Shown here piece by piece: positions 1 to 14,052 of a stretch of 64,000 bases of DNA; within the stretch, counting starts at the first letter, position 1, and every line of letters begins with the position of its first letter. The DNA comes from Octopus vulgaris (Eukaryota): contig OX597816.1 in the NCBI GenBank assembly GCA_951406725.2, positions 132,370,001 through 132,434,000 of the forward strand, given 5' to 3'. A program made the position numbers and the translations under genes. The notes under the pieces were generated by a model that saw nothing but the letters and a program-made list of their open reading frames with translations, did not search any database and had not been told where the DNA came from.

Positions 1-254
1 TATATATATATATATATACATACAGAGAGAGAGAGAGAGCGCATTGTATCTTTGTTGAATCTATTTTGTATTTTATAATTTTACAACACTAAAATATGTA
101 ACAAAATTGTGTGAAGTTATCAAAATCACATCTCTCAGCAGTTTCAAAACAAACTTGATGATACGGATAATGCTGTACATAATGATTAAAAACTTCCGTA
201 ATCAAAACAACTTCTGTTCACTAAAGAATTGCTACTACTCTCTCTCTCTCTCTG

Positions 255-286
<32 letters not shown>

Positions 287-646
287 CCTTGAATTACTAA
301 TTTAGGTGGAGCTTTGGGTAGAACTTTTATGTAGTTGCTTGACTTGCTAGAAATAGCAAGAAAACTCCTTCAAATAACAGTGTACCATCTAGAAAAATGA
401 GGAGGGATACACTGAATCATGTGGGACATAAGTATACACAACAGAAGAGATGGTTACTTCTGGATTGCCTTTGATCATAGATCTGCTTGTTCAGGACTGA
501 CCTGAGGATTAAATGATATCAACAATAATTAATTGACTCTAGATAACAGCACAGCCATGTAGTTTAACCACTTAGATAATGAGAAACAGGTCATACTTGT
601 AAAAGAAGAGTAAAAAGAAATGCAATGCTTATTCTTGTTATTTAAT

Positions 647-688
<42 letters not shown>

Positions 689-2982
689 CCCCCCCACTGT
701 TATAAAGGTGTGAAGTGGATCAGAAGATAGATAATTGATGACAGTCAAAACTACTATATGTTTGTTTGGCTGTCTCCCTGGAGTCTTGTAGGCTGGGGCC
801 TGGTGAGCTTTAAACCTTTATTGTGTTGCAGCTATTATGATGTTCAGTTGAAATTCTAGTAGCTTTCCCAAGTCATTATCTTTTATATTGTTGTTGTAGC
901 CAATCTCAGCAGCTTTATCAGACAGAGGATTAGTTAACAACAACACCACCACCACCACCATCACCACTCTCGGATATGATGTGGTGTTTTGTTTGACTCT
1001 CTGTTTCGACAACACTGTAAGGGAATGTTCCCACACTCCAGCTAACTTTACTGCACATGAGAAATCTTTTTAGCTATCAACTCACTTTTACCTCTCTGTC
1101 TTCTTCATTTGTTGGTTGGAGCAAATCACACACACACACACACATACACCTCTGTGATCATGGAACTAAAATATATTTAATGAGAAAGGAAAGGGTCCTC
1201 ATGAGATGTATATATGATGGTGAGTGTGTAAGTGAATGAGTGAAACCAAATCACGTGTTTTACCAATGTTTTTTTTTTCTTTTCATTTGCTGTCAGTTTA
1301 GCTGTTGTTCTATGATTTACGTAGATGGTTTTCTGTCATTTGACTGGTTTAGAGTTAAAAATACATTATAAAATATTTAAAGAAAACATAAAAGCAATAC
1401 TTTTATGATATTTTTTTTACAGAAATCATTGTAAATGCTTAATTGAATTGGCCAGTGACTGAAAGGAATTTAAACTACATATGTACAAACACACACACAC
1501 ACAGGGAGCAGGCATAGTTGTGTTGTGAAGAAGTTCATAGGGTTTTGGGCTCAATCCCATTGCATGCTCGGCAAGTGTCTTCTACAACAGACCCAACCTT
1601 GTGAGGGGATTTTATAGATGGAAACTAACAGAAGCCTTTTGTGTGTGTGTATACATGGCTGTGTATGTGTTAGTTTCTCTTTGTCTTGACATCACATAAC
1701 AGTTGTAAATGAGTGTCACAAATCTACCAGAATAGTCTTTCATGTTCAACCTTCTACAGAAATATGTCTGGCTTGCTTAGAAACAAGTGGCAACTGGAAG
1801 GGCATCCAGCTGTAGAAAACCTGCCTCAGTAAATTCCATTTCACACACACGCACACATATCTAAGATTAGCACACCAGGCAAAATGCTTGGTGATATTTT
1901 GTTCATCGTTGTGTTCTCTGAATTCATATTCCTCTGAGGCTAACTTTGCCTTTCATCCTTTTGATGTTGATAAAATAAGTACCTTTTGAGCACTGGGGTT
2001 GATGTACTTGACTTAACTACTCCTGGGAAAAATTATAAAAACTGCTGCCTTCTGTTGATCTAGTGTGACAGAGTAGGTTCATCAAACCAGTATGCTCTGA
2101 AGCTCAAATTCACAGCCCCCACATCTGACCATGGTTGATGAAAAGAACATGCTGAGGCCTTTGTCCTTCTGTAGACTAAAGCAATGGGAAATAAGTTGCT
2201 TTGCTGCCACCATCACTTGGCAACCAGTGTTGGTGTGTTTACATCCCTGTGACTTAACAGTTTGGGAAAAGGGACTGATAGAAGAAGTACTCGGCTTTAT
2301 AAAAAAATAAGTATTGGGGTCCGTCATTTGACTCAAAATTGCTTAAGGTGATGCCCCAGCATGGCTACAGTCTAATGACTGAAACAAGTAAGAGCTGAAA
2401 TATATATATATTCACACACATGCTCACATGTGTATATATTGTTGTGTGTCAGATCCAGCTGTTACCTGAAAACTAGCGTAGTTTTATAACATGTACTATA
2501 CTTTCATTAATTGTTTTACATGCCTATGCAGATGTGAGCAGTCATAAACTCTCTGTCCACTTTCTCACTCTTTGACCTAATTGCACATTAAGGATGTGAC
2601 ATCTGGAAGGAGAGAGAGAGCTGCACCAGCTTTTGGCTTGTATCATTTTCAGCTGAGTAGACTAAAGCAATGGGAAATAAAGTGCTTTGCTGAAGGACAT
2701 AATGTGCTGCCCCATTCAAGAATTGAACTCATCACAGTATAACCATGAAATAAATAACCCTAACCGCTAGGCTGCACAATTCTCTCTCACTCAAGTGTGA
2801 GTGTGCAAGTGCACATTTCTGTTTCAAGTATTGAAAGACAGCGCCTTATCCTCTGAACATTACAAATTTCTTGAGGAAAATATGAATATCTTGCATGTTA
2901 GCTTTCAGTACATACATACATATATACGTGTGTGTGTACAGATTTGTTTATATGTATGCATGTATATGTATATTTATATATG

Positions 2983-3305
<323 letters not shown>

Positions 3306-3427
3306 ATATTTCATTTTGCGATTTGGTTTGCAAGATTCTTTATATGAGTTTGTGTGTTGAAGCATACTCTGTTGTGTCTGGGGAGAGTCATTTTCTTTTT
3401 GTGTCTTACAATGTAACACACTCACTG

Positions 3428-3549
3428 TAAAATTTCCACTTATTTCTTATTTTTATTTCCCTAAAATTTTCGTTGCTCTTGACTCTTAAGGTTGCAAGAC
3501 GCAACGAAAATTTTAGGGAAATAAAAATAAGAAATAAGTGGAAATTTTA
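3428..3549. repeat. Perfect 49-bp inverted repeat with 24-nt spacer
   Basis: 3428-3476 is the exact reverse complement of 3501-3549. Confidence 0.95.
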
Positions 3550-4135
3550 TGAAGGATTTGTGTAGCTGAAAAATATAAATCTCAAGAACACACTCATGCA
3601 CATATTGGCAATATGTATGAACATTAAAATCTGCTATGAAAAGTAAATTTTTCTTCTTCAGACTGGCTACCCCACCAGACAAACAGCTGTCAAAAACTAG
3701 CATTAAGAATTACCTCCCTTCTTTTAATGGTAGTCTTAGTGTTGTAATAGTTTCTAATTTTTAAGAACGTTTATGATAGTCACTTGCTTTAATACATGGT
3801 CGTTGATATTGCTATTTTTAAAATATTTAAAATTTTACATTTTTGTACCAGAATTTAAATATATTAAGCTATTGGCAATGTTTGTTTATACTTCTAAAAA
3901 CTTGGGGTATTTTTTTTTTTTTACTTAAAAATTTGTTTATGATTAGTTTTAACTTTCTTTAAGCAAATAGTGACGGTTGCTATGAAAATACTAACAACGA
4001 ATTTAGGTAATAGGTACACTGAGTTATTCAAAAGTCCCTTTAATATTTCAATAATAATTTCTTTTATTTTGTTACAATTATGTTCTATAATGTGTATGTG
4101 GTGGGTGTACTTACAGTTATTCTTTCGTTTGCTTA

Positions 4136-4640
4136 CCGTAAATCCTCGAGTATAGTCTGCCCTTATACGCAGGTTTTTTTTAGGAGGCTGTACCTCTGAA
4201 AAACCTAAACCTTGTGTATAATGCGCACCCCTTCTCTAACTTGAGTCAAGGAGGTTATTATAACGTCCTTGGTTTGTAAAAATGTATACGGTAACTTACT
4301 TTATTATTATTGTATATATAACATAATGCAAACGTGTAGCTTCTTTGTGCATTTTGTTTGCAGAAAATAAAGAAATAACAGTGATAACATTTAATAAATG
4401 TTGCTTACTTCAAGTTATGGATGATTCTTTTATGATTTCATTGCTTTCAGGCTTAGCTTAAGATATTTTCACGCCCGACATCACAAAATGCGTCTGAATA
4501 AACATTGCCGGACAGCAAATAGAGACTCGGACATTGCTTAGAAAATATTTTTCATTTTTAACCTCGTATATAGTACGCACTAGGGATTTTGAACTTTAAA
4601 TTTTTAGGGGGAAATGCGGATTATACTCGAGGATTTACGG
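4136..4640. mobile_element. Tc1/mariner-superfamily (Tc2/pogo-like) MITE, 505 bp
   Basis: Perfect 19-bp TIR CCGTAAATCCTCGAGTATA at both ends, flanked by TA on both sides. No ORF. Confidence 0.9.
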
Positions 4641-5378
4641 TAAGTCACTGAACTGTGGTCATGCTCGAGTTCTTCCTTGAAAGGTTTAGTTGGTTGAATT
4701 GAACTCCAATACTTAATTTTATCAGCTGCTCTTTTTTTTTTCCTATCTTTCTTTCTTCACACGGAATTATTAGAATGTAAACAAACCAGTGGGTGGCAGA
4801 CACATTGGCACAAATGAATACACACAAGTTGTGTAATTTCAGGCATGGCTATGTAACCTGCACAACAAACTTCTTAACCACTCGGCCATACCTAAGGTTT
4901 TGGATTCTCTCATGTGCCACTTCATACAAGTATATACAATGATTTCCATTATAAATATCACTTTTATGTTTTGTCTAAAGTAATTACATTCCAAAATGAT
5001 CTAACTATAGTTAAATCACTTTGTAATGTAACTACTTTAAATAGGTATTTTTAATGAGCTAAATTTTAATTACCACCCAGTTATTAAGAACATTTGTGTG
5101 TGCTGTTTTTATCTATCTTTTACTTGATTCAGTCAGTTGACTGTGACCACGCTGATGCACCATCTTGAAGGGTTTTGGTTAAACGTTTTGACCATAGCAC
5201 TTTTTCTTCAATGTCTGGCACTTCCTCTGTTGGTCTCTTTTGCCTGACCACTAAGTTATCGAGATGTAAACAAACCAACATTAGTTGTCAAGTAGTGGCT
5301 GAGTACAAAAGACATACACCCATATTTGTATATCTGTCTATATATATATATATATATGTGTGTGTATATATTTATATT

Positions 5379-5983
5379 GGAAGAGATAGACCCAGGAAGA
5401 CATGGGACAAAGTGACAAAGCATGATCTTTGAGCTTTGGGCTGCTTGAGCAATAAGTGACCGAGACCTTTGGCAATATGCCTTGCCTGAGAAGACCCATC
5501 AAGCCAAATGAAATCGCAGTCATAGTCAATGCCAGTGGTGTGTAATTGGCACTTGTGCTATGGCATGTAGAAAACACCCTTCAAACATTGGGCAATATGC
5601 TGTGCTTGAGAAGATCCATCAAGCCAAGTGAAATTGTGGTTTCGGCCAATGCCAGTGTCACATCCCTGGCATGAAAAAAGCACCCTTTGAACTATGGGTT
5701 TCACAGAGGCAGTGACAAGTGACCAAGACCTTTGGCAGTATACTGTGCTTGTCAAGCCAAGTGAGATTATAGTCCTGGCTGATACCGTTGTTTCGTATCT
5801 AGCACCCACTACACTCCTGGAGTGGTTGGTATTTGGAAGGACATCTAGGTTTCAATCTGATTTGGCATGGTTTCTACCGCTGGATGCTCTTCCTAATTCA
5901 TCTTGTCAGTTTTCAGTCAAACCGTCCAACCCAAGCAGCATGAAAAACCAATGTTAAATGATGATGATGATGATGATGATGAT
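5379..5983 (+). mobile_element. Degenerate RTE LINE 3' fragment with internal duplications
   Basis: Starts with GRDRPRKTWDKVTKHDL, homologous to the RTE C-terminus near 46420-46470. The 'ggcaatatgc...aagccaa.tgaaat' block recurs three times, and the fragment ends in (GAT)n. Confidence 0.8.
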
Positions 5984-5990
5984 ACACATG

Positions 5991-6022
<32 letters not shown>

Positions 6023-6074
6023 AGTGGTCAAAGAAAAGAAAAAGCATTCAACATATTTAGCAGGAGTAACATCA

Positions 6075-6240
6075 AAACAGTTTGATTCAGCTCCATGTGA
6101 CTTCAAGTTTCGCAGGTTTCTTACAGAAAGAGGCCTGGTTCATTTAGGCTCAGATTACTGGTAATCTGAGCCTAAATGAGCTAAGTTCCTGTAAGAAGCC
6201 TGCAAAACGTTAAATTACATGGAGCTGAATCAAACTGTTT
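6075..6240. repeat. About 166-bp near-perfect palindrome (MITE-like)
   Basis: Outer arms AAACAGTTTGATTCAGCTCCATGT and ACATGGAGCTGAATCAAACTGTTT. Centre TCATTTAGGCTCAGATTAC-TG-GTAATCTGAGCCTAAATGA. Possible TCAA duplication at 6072-75 and 6240-43. Confidence 0.9.
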
Positions 6241-7429
6241 CAAGTAATAGTATGTGTATATGATGGGATTCCATACAGTTTCTGTGTACCAAAGTCACTC
6301 ATAAAGCATAGGTTAGCCTGGGGCTGTAGCTGGAGACACTTGCCCCAAGGTTCCACACAGTGGACTGAACCTGAAATCACATTGTTGCACAGCCAGCTAC
6401 TTAATCACACAGCCATACCTGCACCTAATTTCGGTAAAATTTGCAAGAAACCTATACTAGTTACTGTCATAGATGCGCTTTCTCCTATTTTCATAAAGTA
6501 ATCAAAAGAGAAGGGACAGGGGCCATATTATTTGCAGACCCTGTCTGAATGGTGAGATTAATGTCATTCATGTTGAACTTGAAACATCTGTTTCTATGTC
6601 TGAAAGAAAATGTGAATGTGATTGGGAATTCCAGCTAAGTTACTGTTCCTGGGAGAAGAACACTGGTGATGAGTTGATGTGGAGGGTGTGGGAAGTGAGA
6701 AGCCATAGAAGTAACTGGAGTGTGTGTGTGTGGTTGTAAAGGGTATGCAACTAGGTAGTCCCATGTTTTACATTGTTTTAGTTTTCACCAGGGAAACCTT
6801 GTAATAGCTTTGTGTTATTAAATTAATACCTTTTCAATAAGGAAATGAGAAGGTGAGAGAGTTACGTCAGTGGTAGTTACTGATATAAATTTGTTTAAAA
6901 TTTAAACGGTTTGTTTTCACTTAAATAAATGCAGATTATTCCCAGCAATGTGTCCTTACAGTATCTGATGGCAATATTTTTATCTGTCATCTCCAATAAG
7001 TGCATACTCTCACATTAAACACAATCAGTGCCAGAACCAGAGGAATTCGATATTTTCCTGTTTGAACAGCTTTTTTCCCCTGAACTTCAAGCCTACATAC
7101 ACATGGTCATTTTATTAGCTGTCTCTACAGTATTAAGAGATACTCTGCTTTAGAGATTAGTGGTGGTGGTGATGGTGGGTGTTCTTGTATATGATATCAT
7201 CTGTGATAATTTTCTATCCAGGCTGACTTTGCAATCCTCCCATGAGAAATAACCTAATCAGTTAATGTACAGAATTATCTTGTGTCTTCTTGTCATTATT
7301 GTTATTGAAGTTTTAGTGCTTTATTAATTAATTTATATTTTAATCTAGCATTATCGGTACTGAGGACGTTCTATTTGGATTATATTGTGTGGTAATTCTT
7401 TTCATAATGCATTTTTATGTTAATATATT

Positions 7430-9715
7430 TTGGTTTCAAATTTTGGCACAAGGCCAGCAATTTTAGGGGGTAGTTAAGTCAGTTATATTAGCCCCAGTGC
7501 TCAACTGATACCTATTTTATTGACACCAAGAAGGCCAAGTCGACCTTGGCAGAATTTGAACTCAGAACATAGAGCTTCAAGAAATACTACTAAGTATTTT
7601 GTCTGACGCTCTAACAATTCTACCAGCTCAACACCTTTAATGGTTGTTTCAGAGTTTGGTACAAGGTCAGCAATTTTTTAGATTGTGGGGTTAATTGATT
7701 ACATTGACCCACCACCACCAATACTTGATTGGTACTCTATTTTATCAACCCTGAAAGAGTGAAAGACAAAGTTGACTATAACAGTATTTGAACTCAGGAT
7801 GAGTTCATCTCAGTTCTGAAATTGATTTGAGGTTACGATTTCCTCTGGAGGTTGCTATTTTTATTCAGATATTACTTTCTATCTTTGTTACAAGTCTTCA
7901 GTTAGTTGGGGAGTATGAATCGATTGCTGATTATTTTGCAATTTAATACAATGTAATTTAGCAACACCAACGAGAGTGCTTTACTGCTAGATTTAGAAAC
8001 CAGATCCACCTCAAAATACATCCCACTCCTGCACATATACTATCATCTTAGAAATGTAAGAAAACATTGGCTTATGTCGTGAATATACAAAATACACAAT
8101 GTACAAATGAAAGACAGTGTTTCAGAGAATTAAAAGCTATGATCAGTCATAGGTCTGTTGGATTAGAGTTGATTTGGAGCCAAAAACAACAACAATATAT
8201 TTATAAACTTTGACAATAATTTTCAAAAATAACATAAAAGTGAATTATTTGTGTATTCAACCATAAACTGCAAGTTCATTGTAGTGTGTACACTTCAATC
8301 CTGGCACATTATAAGTTTGCTTTATTGAAGATATTGCTTATGTGTTCTGATGCCAACAGAATGTCACTAGCCAATAATAGGAACCCACCACAATCATTTT
8401 GAAGAGTCCATCATAAATTTCCAAACCAGATAGGGATTTTTTTTTTTTTTTGTAAAGCTGGCAGAATTGTTAGCACTCCAGGGCAAAAAGCTTAGCAGTA
8501 TTTCATCTGCCTTTACATTCTGAGTTCAAATTCTGCTGAAGTAGGCTTTCCCGTTCATCCTTTTGGGGTCGTTAAATTAAGTACCAGTTGAGAACTGGAG
8601 TTGATGTAATCAACTTACCCCCTCCCCACAGATTTCAGGCCTTGTGCCTGTAGTAGAAAGGGTTATTATTAAGGGACACTCACACTTGTAATATATTAAA
8701 ATCTGCTTCCATATGTATTACATATATGTATTCATGTACATATGTGTGTGAATCCAGTTTCTTATGCAGTGAAACAATGATAAATAAGTCTGCATGAATA
8801 CCTATTTTGTCCTCCGCCTCACTTCTCCCTTACATTTTTGCTCCATGATGCATAATTGACCTAATAGTTAAACAACCTTCACTCAAGTAGATTGTGTATA
8901 AATAAAAGGTTACCTACATTAACTATGAAAATACTATCTATTTATCATCATCATCCAGCTATTTTTCATTTTGGTATGGGTTAGTTGGGTCTCACAGTGT
9001 CTCACCATTTGTTGTGGGCCTTTGACATCTGGCATATACTGTTGTCATCATCATCATCATCATCACCACCATTGTTTGATGAGTTAGACAGCCACAACTC
9101 TCCTTGACCCATTATAGCCTCCATAATCAGTCGTGGTCCTGCAGGAGAGATGAAATAAGGACATAGCCAAGTGCTAGGTTTGATTTTATTGACTGACCTT
9201 GTTCCTAAATTAGAAACAATTATCATCATCATAATTATTATTATTTTTATTATTAAGGCGGTGAGCTGGTAGAATCATTAGTATGCTGGGCAAAATGCTC
9301 AGTGGTATTCTGTCTGTCTTTATGTTCTGAATTCAAATTCCACTGAGGTCAACTTTGCCTTTCATCCCTTCGGGGTCAATAAAATAAGTACCAGTTGAGC
9401 ACTGGGGTCTATGTAATCAACTTACTCCCTCCCCCGAAATTTCAGGCCTTGTGCATATAGGAGAAAGGATTGTTGTTATTATTGATAGACTGGCAGAATT
9501 ATTAGAACATCAAACAAAATGCTTTGTATTATTTGGTTCTGGCTTTATGTTCTGTGTTTGAAATCCTACTGGGGTTACTCAACTTTCATCCTATCAGGGT
9601 TGATAAAACCCCAGTCAAAACTGGGCTTAATGGTATCAACTTATCCCTACCTCCTAAATTTAAGGCCTTGCCCCTGTTCTAGAAACAAATATGATTATTA
9701 TTGTTATTATTATTA
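7430..9715. repeat. Intronic copies of the same SINE in both orientations
   Basis: Minus-strand copies at about 7430-7635 and 7640-7800. Plus-strand copies at about 8455-8670, 9255-9480 and 9485-9715. Confidence 0.8.
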
Positions 9716-9777
9716 GCATTTTAGCATCATAGAAGGCACAGTCTTTCCATCTGCCTGTGCTACATTCCTAGCAATAA

Positions 9778-9984
9778 CCCTTCAGCATTTAAACCGGCCA
9801 TATTAGACCCAAATATTCTCCCTGCCTTATCTTCAAACTGGCCAGATCTTGCCCTATAATGTCATTCTAAAAATAAAGTCACATCATCAAAATCTTGAAG
9901 GTATGTTATAAAGCATGATGAATTCAAAAACAATGTGAATAAATAGGTATTACATTTGACAGAGTAATCTGAATGCTAGAAGAG
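9778..9984. mobile_element. Older copy of the same piggyBac-type MITE, opposite orientation
   Basis: The internal sequence is a diverged reverse complement of 21365-21580. Ends ATAA|CCCTTCAG...TAGAAGAG|ATAA. Confidence 0.65.
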
Positions 9985-10279
9985 ATAACAATGCCTCCTG
10001 TTTCTCCTCTAAACCTTTCTTTGGTTGTAATTAGGGCTAATATTGTTAAAAGCAGTTATATTTCTGCTCATATATAAACTAAACTTAATAAATATAAAAA
10101 AGTGATACTACTAATGAGTATTATTAAACCTTTACAATCTTTTACTGTAGCAGATAAATGGACTTTAATTTTCTTCATAGTTGTGATTATACTCTAAAAG
10201 CAAATCAGTATATAGTGAATATAAACATGAACATTAGGCAGACTGGATATAAACATATTAAGAGAAAGAAATAAATGTT

Positions 10280-10642
10280 GCACAGGCATGGTTGTGTGTT
10301 AAGATGCTTGCTTCCCAACCACATGGTTCTAGGTTCAGTCCCGCTGTGTGGCGCCTTGGGCAAGTGTCTTCTACTATAGCTTCAGGCCGACCAAGGCCTT
10401 GTGAGTGGATTTGGTTGACAGAAACTGAAAGAAGCATGTTGTGTGTGTGTGCGTGTGTGTATCTATGTAGGTGTGTGTGTTTGTCCCCCACCCCTCAGCT
10501 GCTTGACAACTTGTGTTGGTGTGTTTATACCCCTGTAATAGAATAAATACCAGGCTTTAAAACGTTCTTGACTATAAATTCTTCAAGGCAGTGCCCCAGC
10601 ATGGCCACAGTCTAATGACTGAAGCAAGTAAAAGATAAAAGA
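10280..10642 (+). repeat. Second tRNA-derived SINE family (CORE-like CCTTGGGCAAGT motif, internal microsatellite)
   Basis: CAGGCATGGTTGTGTG...GGTTCAGTCCC...CCTTGGGCAAGTGTCTTCTAC...GTGGATTTGG. Related copies at about 1506-1830 (+), 6260-6425 (-) and 57316-57720 (-). Confidence 0.8.
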
Positions 10643-11187
10643 AGAGCTTTTGTTATCTGAACTTGTATTTTATGATTATCACTTGAGTCTTTATTATCCT
10701 ATCTGTTGCTTGTTCTCATAATTTTCATCTATGTACTTACCAACCTTAATGTCCCTGTCTGTGTGAAGAAAATAAAATTGCAATTTTAAAACTTTATTTG
10801 TTTCTGTGAAGGTTAGCTTTATGCGTTCTCATTTAATTCAGTCTATTTTTACAATAACAACAAAAACATATTTGTATGTATTTCTAAGTAATTAGTGTTA
10901 AAAGTCAGTCTTCATTTGTATGTAAATATTTGATTCAAAGGAGAATTTGCACTTTAATCTTTTTCTTTTTTCGTCTTATTACTTTTAGGTAGGTTTTTTT
11001 AAAAAATTTTAATCAAGTGCTTACGAGGATTATTAAAAGCTCCTAATTAACTTTAAATACAAAAATAAATGCATAGAAAGAGAGATAGCGAAATGAATAG
11101 GTAGGTGGCTTAATGTCTGGGAAGGGGAGATGGTGATAGCAGTGAGGACTGTCATCATGTTGGTTGGTAGCTTCACTGGGAAACTGG

Positions 11188-11192
<5 letters not shown>

Positions 11193-11260
<68 letters not shown>
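11193..11260. repeat. (CT)n microsatellite
   Basis: Directly visible. Confidence 0.97.
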
Positions 11261-11265
<5 letters not shown>

Positions 11266-14052
11266 TCTCATTTACATTTCATAAACCCAGCCTAATTCCT
11301 CTACTTTCTAAAAAAATTTCTCACACCCCTGTCTCCAGCCCAAAGAGGTGGAGTAAAGGGCCATTAGCTATATAGTGGTAGGTGGTAAATGGTTGGCTGG
11401 CTGGCTGGCTGTCTGTCGGTCCAGTATGAAAGTGTGTCTAGCAGTTAATATAAAAGCTGGGGAAGACTATTGGTAATTGCTGTCTGCCCCACAGGTTGAG
11501 GGAATCTAGACTGGCTGCCCATATAACAAGTGGTTGCTCTGCACAGCTTATTTTTCTGTGATGCAATTTACTGAATTCATCGTAACAAGTTATCAGATTT
11601 GTGTCTTAAAAACTGAAGAAAAACTAAATATATCTGAGTCAAGTCAACCTTCACTTTGTTGCTTTGATGAATAATCAGCTTCTTTAACCTTTCTCACCAT
11701 CTTAGTGGGTAAGGCACTTTTATTTAGTTCTTATTTTCTGTCACATTTCTCTCTCTCTCTCTCTCATTTCTGTTTCATTTTCATTATTTTACCTTATACA
11801 CACTCTTTTCTTTTGTAAGGGATGAGAGTTTAAACACTCACCCCTTACCATTAAATTCATTAAACTTTGAGAGATAAAAGCCATAATTTAATATTAGCAG
11901 GGGTTTCAAGATTTGATAATGAATTTTATGTCTTTATTTTTTTTTTTACTTTTCTTTTAAATTTTGCTTCAGTATTTTTACATTGGTTTTCACACACACA
12001 TTCCATGCACAGTTGCAATGTTTTGCAGATATGAACCAGGTGCACCTTCATTTCTTTCCTAATATACCATTTCTATATAATTCCAATATCATTATTTACT
12101 TTACCAGTGTTTTTAGTCATGAGTGTAAGCTGTTCTGTGATGGCTTTCATGCCTCATGCATTCCATATTTTCATGTATGTGGTCACCAAGTCAATATTTA
12201 AAAAAAGTATTTTTTCAAAATACATGTTTTTTTTTTTATGTGTTAACAAACCCCTTTATTTTGTTTGTTGAAAGGCATTTTAGAATGTTACTGAAATAGG
12301 GTGAGCCAGTTTCATATATGAGCGCATTATTCCTTAGCAGTCTTTCTTGTCATTTTCCCTCTTTTACTTCTTTATTTTCTGGGTGGCCTGCTACTACTGA
12401 CAATTATATAATTTTGTTTCTGGAAAGGAAATGAATGCAAACAAATTCAAGTGCATATAACCAGTTGCTATGAGTGCATATTCCAGCACGAGTACATGTG
12501 CATGCATCCTCTCTGTCTTCACCCCAATTCCTCTCTTATTTAAAGATCTGTGTACAGTTGAATTAAGCATCTACTTTGCCTTTCAACTCTGCTTCATCAA
12601 TAAGATAAATACCAGTGATACACTGATATCTTCCCCCAATAAATGTATGGTCGTGATTATAAGTGTTAAGAAAATAGACCCAAGTTACTTGACTGTACTT
12701 TAGTTTGTTGACCATTGCAGGATTTGAACTTGGAATGTAAAGAGAGGGAATACTTAATATAAATTTTTTCTTTCTCCTTCCCATATTTTACTATTTCTAC
12801 ATTCTATCACCTTTTTTTGTTTGTTCTTTAATTTTTTTCAAATAGAGAGCAATGTATATATTTAATGTACAGTTAAATGCAAGGGGAATAACTTTTGATA
12901 GTAGTCCTGTAAAAATTATTTAGAAATAATGATATATGGTCACATTTGTGAGTATAGAACAAGAGAGAGAATGGTTGTGTGCACATGCATGTGTGTAAGT
13001 GGTTTAAAGAGTATTAAAAATCAGCATGTTTATTGATCCTAATCTGTTGAAAAATTACAGGAAGATTGCCTTTCTTTTTTCCCCCCTTGTTTTGTCTAAT
13101 TTCAGCTATTCAGCCATTCTTACAAGTTACGAACAACTTTATAAAATTTTTCCAAGCTCTACCTCTCATTACAATAGTTATGATGAATACTCTATTCTTA
13201 TTAATGTGGCAGCAGTGTTGTATCATATCATTTTCATGTAAACTGGCATCCAATTTTAAATGGGTTATTTAGAGATATTTAAGTTATTATCACATTAGCA
13301 TTAAAAAGGTGCATGTTAAGCAATTGCCTCTCTCCTAGTCCAGGACACATGTTGTACCCTTCAACAAAGGACTTTATTTCATATTGTGTTGGTCCACTCA
13401 GCTGACATTGTGGCTGGTCAGTATCTGTTTAGCATAACAGCTTTCATCGAGCAGTGGACTGCTGTATGCTGTCTTTACCCATATTGGTTTCACCTTCTTA
13501 GCTGTAGTCATGCTGTAGCGTATGTAAATATATGTATTTTCTACATCACTGAGAGAAAGAAAAGTTTTCAAATTTAAAGGAACTATAATACTATCAAATT
13601 TAAGTTTAATGCCAAGCCATTTGAGAGTAACATATTGTCAGTGTAGCTAGGTACATGTATACAGAGAGATTATGGTAAAGGCTTTTGTGATTATGTCCAT
13701 GTCCTTTGGTAACTTGCTTCATAAATACAATAAAATTTCTTTGAGTTATGTGAATCAGTTTTCCATTAAAATTCACTCAATAAAATGATCAAGAATTAAG
13801 AATTTAGCACTATGGTTACTAAAAAAACTGTAAAAGTAGAATCTGCACTGCCATATATAAGTTATCACTTAACCATAAGTAGATTGCTTTTACAGTTGTT
13901 TTGCAGATATTTGCAACTTATCCAGTGTGACTTTTAAAAAAATAGAAATTTTAAAATAAAATATAATAATAATGAATTTGAGTGGGAGAAATTGTATAAT
14001 TGTTTGACATCCAATAAACTAACTTTAAAAAATTTTTTTGGCTCTGTTGCAG

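Noticed and set aside
6861-6869. Isolated bZIP-like site TTACGTCA as circadian regulation
   Set aside because: A single 8-mer in 14 kb of AT-rich intron is not distinguishable from chance.
13992-14052. N-terminus and C-terminal tail (15264-15308) of the 438-aa ORF treated as a single-exon gene
   Set aside because: These parts are intronic. Splice sites at 14052 and 15264 join in phase to the downstream LBD exons.
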